A DNA stretch of 32,000 nt, from positions 1-32,000 of the forward strand of contig JALHJR010000022.1 of the NCBI GenBank assembly GCA_022840405.1. The letters run 5' to 3'. This stretch comes from Tepidanaerobacter acetatoxydans (GTDB taxonomy: Bacteria > Bacillota > Thermosediminibacteria > Thermosediminibacterales > Tepidanaerobacteraceae). Of this stretch, positions 26,101-32,000 are shown piece by piece. The notes beneath the pieces are model-generated. The model saw nothing but the letters and a program-made list of their open reading frames with translations. It made no database searches and had not been told where the DNA came from. Position 1 is the stretch's first letter; each line of letters starts with the position of its first letter. The position numbers were made by a program, and so were the translations under genes.

Positions 26101-26980
26101 ACAGGCTTTCAAATTAAAAAAAATCATGGAAGAAAAAAATCGCATAAGTAACCCTTCCAAAAGTGTAAAGGTTTATTGTGTTACAAGCGGAAAAGGCGGA
26201 GTAGGAAAGACCAATCTGTCAGTTAATCTGGGATTAGCCATACAAGGTTTGGGGAAAAAGGTGCTATTAATTGATGCTGATTTAGGTCTTGCCAATATAG
26301 ATGTAGTATTAGGGTTATATCCGAAATACAATCTTTCACATATTTTATCCGTTGGAAAAACAATCCAAGATATAATATTGGAAGGGCCGCTGGGAATTTC
26401 CATATTGCCGGGAGCATCAGGTATATATAATCTTGCAAACGTGAGTTATGCAGAACTTGAATTATTTATTGACAGTTTCAAGATGATAGCCGATAATTTT
26501 GATATAATAATAATTGATACAGGTGCAGGCATTTCCAAGAATGTAATAAGTTTTATTCAGTCTTCCGATGAAACAATTGTAGTAACGACTCCGGAACCAA
26601 GTGCAGTAACAGATGCTTATGCTATGATCAAGATCTCGCGTAACTATTGCGATAAAATTCATGTGATAGTAAATAAAGCTGATAATTATAAAGAAGCCGA
26701 ATATACTATGGATAAGCTGTCAAAATCAACAAAAAAATTTTTAAACATACATATTAACTATCTTGGCTTGGTTTTGGAAGATAAGGTGGTTTACAAAGCA
26801 AATATGAACCAGACACCATTTTTTATAAATTATCCGGATAGCCTGGCATCAAAATGTTTGATAAATATTAGCAAAAGGCTAATATATGGTGAACAATCAT
26901 TATCAAATTCAAATTCGACCCTTGACGGCTGGTTTTCGAAACTCGTATCTTTTATTAAGGCAAACGTGGGGGTTATGTAG
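26093..26980 (+). CDS. flhG: MinD/ParA-type ATPase FlhG (YlxH)
   Basis: Deviant Walker A SGKGGVGKT, Walker B IIIIDTGAG, and a C-terminal amphipathic tail LDGWFSKLVSFIKANV consistent with a membrane-targeting helix. 8-nt overlap with flhF. Confidence 0.9.
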   Translation: MYEQAFKLKKIMEEKNRISNPSKSVKVYCVTSGKGGVGKTNLSVNLGLAIQGLGKKVLLIDADLGLANIDVVLGLYPKYNLSHILSVGKTIQDIILEGPLGISILPGASGIYNLANVSYAELELFIDSFKMIADNFDIIIIDTGAGISKNVISFIQSSDETIVVTTPEPSAVTDAYAMIKISRNYCDKIHVIVNKADNYKEAEYTMDKLSKSTKKFLNIHINYLGLVLEDKVVYKANMNQTPFFINYPDSLASKCLINISKRLIYGEQSLSNSNSTLDGWFSKLVSFIKANVGVM

Positions 26981-27625
26981 TTGAGCGATAGTTTTCTGGA
27001 AATAGGGACGAAGGTGACGTTAGGCATACAGAGAGAAAATGCAGAGTGTTTTTTTCCTTCCAAAGTGGAAGATATAATATCAGACCGTATTGTTTTAGGT
27101 ATGCCTATAAAAGAAGGCAGGACATTCTTTGTAGGTCTTGATGAGAAGATAAATGTTTATTTTTCCAAAAAAGGTTCGTTTTATTGCTTAGAGGGTTTAA
27201 TAGAGGATAAAAAATATGACCCTATTCCAGTGATTACAATACATCCTATATGTTTGCCGTATAAAAAACAAAAGCGAAGTTACTTTAGGCTGAAAATTTC
27301 CCTAAAAACGTATATAAAATCGCCTGATTTCGATGAGTGGATTAAAGTTTATACTCGTGATATAAGTGCAGGTGGGGCTAAATTTTCCTATCCTTCTTTA
27401 ATAAAAGAAGGAAGCATTCTTGAAGTTACCTTTCCTGACATTTTACCCGAAATGTCATTAATGTCAAGGGTATTGAGAACCGAAAAAAACCGTGACAGAC
27501 ATATAAATACATATGATGTAGCAGTTGAGTTTATAGAAATTGATGAATCTATATGTGATAAGATTGTTAAATTTATATTTGCAAAACAGAGAGAACTTAT
27601 GGAAAAAGGTATTGATGATTTATAA
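26981..27625 (+). CDS. PilZ-domain c-di-GMP receptor (YcgR/MotI-like flagellar brake candidate)
   Basis: TTG start directly abutting the flhG stop. Intact PilZ signatures: QKRSYFR (RxxxR, codons at 27275-27289) and DISAGG (DxSxxG, 27359-27376). The roughly 90-aa N-terminal part is consistent with a YcgR-type PilZN domain. Confidence 0.8.
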   Translation: MSDSFLEIGTKVTLGIQRENAECFFPSKVEDIISDRIVLGMPIKEGRTFFVGLDEKINVYFSKKGSFYCLEGLIEDKKYDPIPVITIHPICLPYKKQKRSYFRLKISLKTYIKSPDFDEWIKVYTRDISAGGAKFSYPSLIKEGSILEVTFPDILPEMSLMSRVLRTEKNRDRHINTYDVAVEFIEIDESICDKIVKFIFAKQRELMEKGIDDL

Positions 27626-27663
27626 TTTGCTAGATATAGCAATTAATGATAGAGGTGAATAGA

Positions 27664-29670
27664 ATGAATAATCAGTATTTAGATGTATTTCTGGAAGAAG
27701 CTAGAGAGCATATAGATAATCTTAATACATATCTTTTGGAGTTAGAAAATAGTGCGAGCCAAGAAGTTATTGATGAAATATTTCGTTCAGCCCATACTTT
27801 AAAAGGTATGTCGGGCACCATGGGTTATAGCCAACTTTCGGAATTAACACATGAGATGGAGAATTTATTACAGGAGATAAGGAGTCACCAAATTAGTGTT
27901 AACCCCCAAATAATTGATACCCTTTTACAATGTGTAGACATTTTGGAAGAATTGATTAATGATGTTGAAGAGCAGGGCAATGAGAAGCAAAGAGATATTC
28001 AGAAGGTTATAAGTAGACTGAAGGAAAGAAATAGTTTTTTATTGAGCAATGCAGAAACAATAACCGAGAATAAGAAAAAAGATGAGATTTTCAGTTTTAA
28101 CGAATATGAAAATCGATTAGTTATTCAAGCCTTAGAGAAGGGTCTTTATGTCTGGAAAGTAGTTGTGAAATTAGTCGATGAATGTCTTTTGAAATCCGCC
28201 AGAGCATTTTTAGTTTTTAAGACATTAGAGGCATTTGGAGAGATAATAAAAACCGAACCCATAGTCCAAGATATAGAAGATGAAAAATTTGATAATGAAT
28301 TCACGATATATCTGGTTACATCGCAAAATAAAGACGAAATATCTAAGTCACTAAGTAATGTATCGGAATTAGAGAGTGTATGCGTACAACCTGTTGAACG
28401 GGATTCAATACTTATCCAACAAACTAATCAAAATAATTATCAAATTGATGTCGATAAATCAGAGAAACTGACCTCTGCTACTAAGGATATACCAACAAGA
28501 ACAGTAAATACCTTCAAAAAAACCGGTAAAACCTTGAGAGTAGATATTGAGAGATTGGATATTCTGATGAATCTGGTCAGCGAATTAATTATAATAAAGA
28601 CTAGATTAGACGATATCAACGGCGATAAAGATTATCAAGCTAAGCAGCGTGAAGCAATTGAGTATCTGGAACGTATTACTTCTAATCTCCATGATGCAGT
28701 AATGAAAGCTAGAATGGTTCCAATAGAAAATGTATTCAATAGATTCCCCAGAGTTGTACATGATTTATCGCGTGAACTCTCAAAAGAAATGGATTTACTG
28801 ATAGAAGGTGCTGAAACAGAACTGGATAGAACAATAATAGATGAAATAGGAGATCCTTTAATACATCTAATTCGCAATGCAGCCGATCATGGTATAGAAA
28901 GCCCGCAAGAAAGAGTGAGTAAAGGCAAGCCGGAGCGTGGAACGATCAGACTGAAGGCATATCATGATGGAAATAACGTAGTAATTGAAGTATCCGATGA
29001 TGGTAAAGGAATTGACTTAAATTCTGTGCTCAAAAAAGCTATTGAAAAAGGTCTAATTGATAATGAACAATCCAAAAACTTAAAGGAATATGAAATAACC
29101 TCATTTTTATTCGAGCCGGGTTTTAGCACAAAAAGTTCGGTTACTGATGTTTCTGGAAGAGGAGTTGGTCTTGATGTAGTTAAAACTAAAATAGAATCTC
29201 TTGGTGGATCTATTGAAATTAATAATAAAAAAGATATGGGAACAACATTTCTAATTAGATTGCCACTTACGCTAGCAATAATACAAGCGTTAATGGTTAT
29301 GGTCGGAGAGGAAAAATATGCAATTCCGCTTAGCTCTATTAAAGAAACTGTTATTATACCCGAGAAAGAAATAAAAAAAGTTCAAAAAAGTGAAGTTACC
29401 GTACTGAGAGGTGATGTGATCCCGGTAATCAGGCTTAATGAAATTTTAGATATTGAAAAAAAAGATGAAGGTAATGATGAGCTAACTTTGGTGGTTGTCA
29501 AAAAGGGAGAAAAAGACGTTGGCCTGGTTGTAGATGAGCTGATAGGCCAACAAGAAATAGTAATAAAAACGCTTGGAAGTTTTTTAAAAGATATTAAATT
29601 TATTGCAGGGGCTACAATACTTGGTGATGGCGAGGTAGCTTTAATCTTGGATATAAATAAATTAGTTTAA
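27664..29670 (+). CDS. cheA: Chemotaxis histidine kinase CheA
   Basis: ORF 27646..29670 trimmed to ATG 27664 (AGAGGTGA upstream). P1 HPt site SAHTLKGMSG, a dimerisation region, HATPase blocks HLIRNAADHGIE, DDGKGID and GRGVGLDVV, and a C-terminal CheW-like P5 domain. Confidence 0.96.
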   Translation: MNNQYLDVFLEEAREHIDNLNTYLLELENSASQEVIDEIFRSAHTLKGMSGTMGYSQLSELTHEMENLLQEIRSHQISVNPQIIDTLLQCVDILEELINDVEEQGNEKQRDIQKVISRLKERNSFLLSNAETITENKKKDEIFSFNEYENRLVIQALEKGLYVWKVVVKLVDECLLKSARAFLVFKTLEAFGEIIKTEPIVQDIEDEKFDNEFTIYLVTSQNKDEISKSLSNVSELESVCVQPVERDSILIQQTNQNNYQIDVDKSEKLTSATKDIPTRTVNTFKKTGKTLRVDIERLDILMNLVSELIIIKTRLDDINGDKDYQAKQREAIEYLERITSNLHDAVMKARMVPIENVFNRFPRVVHDLSRELSKEMDLLIEGAETELDRTIIDEIGDPLIHLIRNAADHGIESPQERVSKGKPERGTIRLKAYHDGNNVVIEVSDDGKGIDLNSVLKKAIEKGLIDNEQSKNLKEYEITSFLFEPGFSTKSSVTDVSGRGVGLDVVKTKIESLGGSIEINNKKDMGTTFLIRLPLTLAIIQALMVMVGEEKYAIPLSSIKETVIIPEKEIKKVQKSEVTVLRGDVIPVIRLNEILDIEKKDEGNDELTLVVVKKGEKDVGLVVDELIGQQEIVIKTLGSFLKDIKFIAGATILGDGEVALILDINKLV

Positions 29671-29755
29671 AGAATTCCTGTTTGGTTGCCAAAGAACTTG
29701 AAAATAACTTTCAGTGCGTCAGAAAACCAACTATATTGTATAAGGAGGAATCAAA

Positions 29756-30211
29756 ATGGCTGAAAATATTCGTCAGTTTGTAGAATTTAAATTAGGTGAT
29801 GAAGATTATGGAATAGATATTTTACAGGTTAAGACTATTGAAAGAATGATGCCTATAACTCGAGTCCCTAAGGCACCTCAATTTGTTGAAGGGGTGATAA
29901 ATCTCAGAGGAGAGATAGTACCGGTAATAGATTTAAAAAAGAGATTTGATTTACCCTTGAGTGAAACTACGGACAGCACCAGAATAGTAATAGTGTCAAT
30001 TGATGATATAACAGTTGGTATGATTGTAGATTCAGCTACGGAAGTAATCCAATTATCTCAGGATGATATTGAACCGGCACCGTCGATTACGGGAAGTATA
30101 GATGCTAATTATCTTGATGGGGTGGGAAAGATTGACGGCAGATTACTGATACTGCTTAATGTAGCAAAGCTTTTGAAACCTCAAGAAATAAATCAACTGG
30201 CTCAAATATGA
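29756..30211 (+). CDS. cheW: Chemotaxis coupling protein CheW
   Basis: 151 aa. FKLGDEDYGIDILQVKTI..VINLRGEIVPVIDLKKRF is a typical CheW fold sequence. Strong SD TAAGGAGGAA. Confidence 0.94.
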   Translation: MAENIRQFVEFKLGDEDYGIDILQVKTIERMMPITRVPKAPQFVEGVINLRGEIVPVIDLKKRFDLPLSETTDSTRIVIVSIDDITVGMIVDSATEVIQLSQDDIEPAPSITGSIDANYLDGVGKIDGRLLILLNVAKLLKPQEINQLAQI

Positions 30212-30222
30212 AGGTGAACTAA

Positions 30223-30861
30223 GTGTATACTGATTTAGAGATTGATGCATTAAAAGAGATTGGGAATATTGGTGCCGGCAATGCAGCTACAGCATTGTCT
30301 ACACTGCTTTCAAAAAAAATAATAATTAAGGTGCCCCAAATAAAGATCATTCCATTTGATGAAGTCTCAAAATCAGTAGGCGGACCGGAAAAATTAGTAG
30401 TTGGAATTTTTATGCGCATTACTGGAGATATTGATGGGAATATTTTAATAATCATACCCGAAAGGGATGCATATAATCTAACGGAAACACTGTTAAGCAA
30501 ACAAAAGGATAGAAATGTAGATTTTTCAGATATGGAAAAGTCTGCATTGTTAGAATTAGGAAATATCGTTGGAAGTTCTTATGTCGTAGCTCTTTCGGAT
30601 TTAACCAAACTTTCGCTAAAAGTTTCGGTTCCAAGCCTCGCATTTGATATGGCCGGAGCAATTATAAGTTTTCCACTGAGCTTATATGGATATATGGGTG
30701 ATACGGCTTTTCTAATTGATACTGAGTTTACAGAAGGTTTAGATGGTACCAAGCTGCACTATTTCTTAATTCCTGATGATGAATCATTAAAGCTACTTTT
30801 AAAGGCTATTGGAGTGAATACTATTGAGCATATCAATCCGAGTGGGAATGGCAGAATATAA
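30223..30861 (+). CDS. cheC: CheY-P phosphatase CheC
   Basis: GTG start after AAGGTGA. Two intact active-site motifs with correct spacing: DALKEIGN-x22-P and SALLELGN-x22-P. Confidence 0.9.
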   Translation: MYTDLEIDALKEIGNIGAGNAATALSTLLSKKIIIKVPQIKIIPFDEVSKSVGGPEKLVVGIFMRITGDIDGNILIIIPERDAYNLTETLLSKQKDRNVDFSDMEKSALLELGNIVGSSYVVALSDLTKLSLKVSVPSLAFDMAGAIISFPLSLYGYMGDTAFLIDTEFTEGLDGTKLHYFLIPDDESLKLLLKAIGVNTIEHINPSGNGRI

Positions 30862-31312
30862 AGCTGCAAAATCTCCGGCTACCTTAATAACTTTAGGTTT
30901 AGGTTCATGTGTAGGAGTTGTATTATATGACAACTTTGCAAAAATTGGGGGGTTAGCTCATGTGATGCTTCCGGATAGCAATCTCAGCAGTAAAAAAGAT
31001 TATAATCCGGGCAAATTTGCAGATACGGCCATTGATGCATTAATGCAAGAAATGTCAAAACTTGGTGCTAATGAAAGACGTATTATCAGCAAAATAGCTG
31101 GCGGAGCACAAATGTTTCAAATAAAATCTGAAAATAATATTATGCAGATTGGAAAACGAAATGTTGAAGCCGTTAGAACTAAATTAAGTAAATTAAATAT
31201 AAAAATAGTTGCAGAAGATGTGGAAGGTAACTACGGCAGGACCATAGAATTTTTTTGTGAAAGCGGAGAACTTACAGTTAAAACTATTGGACATGGTACT
31301 AGGATTTTATAA
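30824..31312 (+). CDS. cheD: Chemoreceptor glutamine deamidase CheD
   Basis: TTG start 6 nt after GGAGTGA (30811-30817), 38-nt overlap with cheC. Conserved IRVGMAEYKAA, catalytic context GLGSCVGVVLYD, GGLAHVMLP, GGAQMF. Confidence 0.9.
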   Translation: MSISIRVGMAEYKAAKSPATLITLGLGSCVGVVLYDNFAKIGGLAHVMLPDSNLSSKKDYNPGKFADTAIDALMQEMSKLGANERRIISKIAGGAQMFQIKSENNIMQIGKRNVEAVRTKLSKLNIKIVAEDVEGNYGRTIEFFCESGELTVKTIGHGTRIL

Positions 31313-31325
31313 TTTGGGGTGTAAG

Positions 31326-32000
31326 GATGCAAAGTGAAAATACTGAGAAGCTGTGGATGAATTATAATAATACTAAAGATAAATACGTTAAAGGGCAGCT
31401 TGTTGAAAAATATATTCCTCTGATCAAACATATAGTAAATCAAATGAATATAAATCTCCCACCTTACTTAGAATATGAAGATTTAATAAGTTATGGTGTT
31501 TTCGGTTTAATGCAGGCAATAGAAAGATATGACACCAAAAAGGGAATAAAATTTGAAACGTATGCTTACACCAGAATAAAAGGTTCTATAATTGATGAAC
31601 TTAGAAAAACAGATATGATACCGCAGGATATTAGGAAAAAAATAAAAATGCTCCAGAATGCTTTTTCAGAAATGGAACAAATATTAGGACATTCGGCTAA
31701 TGATGATGATATTAGCAACTATCTTGGTATTTCGAAAAAAGATCTTTACAAAATTTATAAAGAAATATCTGCTGCCTATGGAGTTTTATCTTTTGATGAG
31801 TTAATTGAATATGAAGATGTTGGGCAAGTTTCTGGGCAACCAGATATCCAAGCTGAAAAAGAAGAAGTTAAGGAAATTCTCGGAAATGCAATTAATCAAC
31901 TTCCGCCACAAGAAAAACTCGTAATAACACTATATTATTATGAAGGTTTAAATTTTAAAGAAATAGCTGAAGTTTTGGAATTATCTCAAGGAAGAATCTC
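31326..32000 (+). CDS. sigD: Flagellar sigma factor SigD/FliA (sigma-28), 3'-truncated by the window edge
   Basis: Not in the ORF track because there is no stop in the window. ATG 31326 is open to 32000 (225 codons). Region 2 is LISYGVFGLMQAIERYDTKKGIKFETYAYTRIKGSIIDELRK. Region 4 starts with LPPQEKLVITLYYYEGLNFKEIAEVLELSQGRI. It is the last gene of the fla/che order, as in B. subtilis. Confidence 0.92.

Noticed and set aside
27627-27642. Small hairpin TTGCTA-GATA-TAGCAA just after the PilZ gene stop.
   Set aside because: The 6-bp stem is A/T-rich, there is no U-tract, and it lies 20 nt before cheA. It is too weak to call a terminator or regulatory structure.
29671-29755. 85-nt cheA-cheW gap, the largest intergenic gap in the distal operon, examined for a promoter or terminator.
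   Set aside because: TTGCCA (29686) and TTGAAA (29698) have no acceptable -10 at 16-18 nt. The TATATT/TATAAG strings lie too close to or over the cheW SD. Only weak 4-6 bp pairings are possible and there is no T-tract. It is probably just a spacer with a strong SD.
1-32000. Novel defence, toxin or mobile system; CRISPR array; prophage or island boundaries.
   Set aside because: Every substantial ORF is accounted for by a well-known housekeeping or flagellar/chemotaxis family in conserved order. Composition is uniform, and I saw no direct-repeat arrays, integrase/transposase genes or att-like repeats.

Overview
AT-rich (roughly one-third G+C by eye) Firmicutes-type chromosomal segment. Almost everything sits in one co-directional plus-strand block. 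It begins with xerC(codV)-hslV-hslU-codY and a strong intrinsic terminator. A tightly packed fla/che-type flagellar/chemotaxis operon of about 27.7 kb follows: flgB-flgC-fliE-fliF-fliG-fliH-fliI-fliJ-(YlxF/FlbB-like)-fliK-flgD-(TIGR02530-like ORF)-flgE-flbD-motA-motB-fliL-fliM-fliY-cheY-fliO-fliP-fliQ-fliR-flhB-flhA-flhF-flhG-(PilZ protein)-cheA-cheW-cheC-cheD-sigD. sigD is partial and runs off the right edge. Synteny with the B. subtilis codV-clpQY-codY-fla/che region is near complete, with three differences. There is an extra small ORF between flgD and flgE. flbD-motA-motB lies inline before fliL. A PilZ-domain gene sits where B. subtilis has cheB. Most gene junctions overlap or abut (ATGA/GTGA type), which is consistent with translational coupling. 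Several ORF-track starts are artificial N-terminal extensions; I re-set them using Shine-Dalgarno spacing and conserved N-termini. I see no CRISPR array, mobile element, tRNA/rRNA, defence-like cluster, pseudogene or compositional island. My honest verdict is that this is a conserved core motility locus, not a novel system. The items worth a second look are regulatory or fine-scale. They include a perfect sigma-D promoter consensus inside fliY, a perfect sigma-A consensus inside fliQ, a strong U-tract-less hairpin right after flgE, a repeated SD-like leader before flgE, and non-canonical FlhF/FlhG GTPase motifs. All functional calls rest on motif and family recognition by eye; no searches were run.
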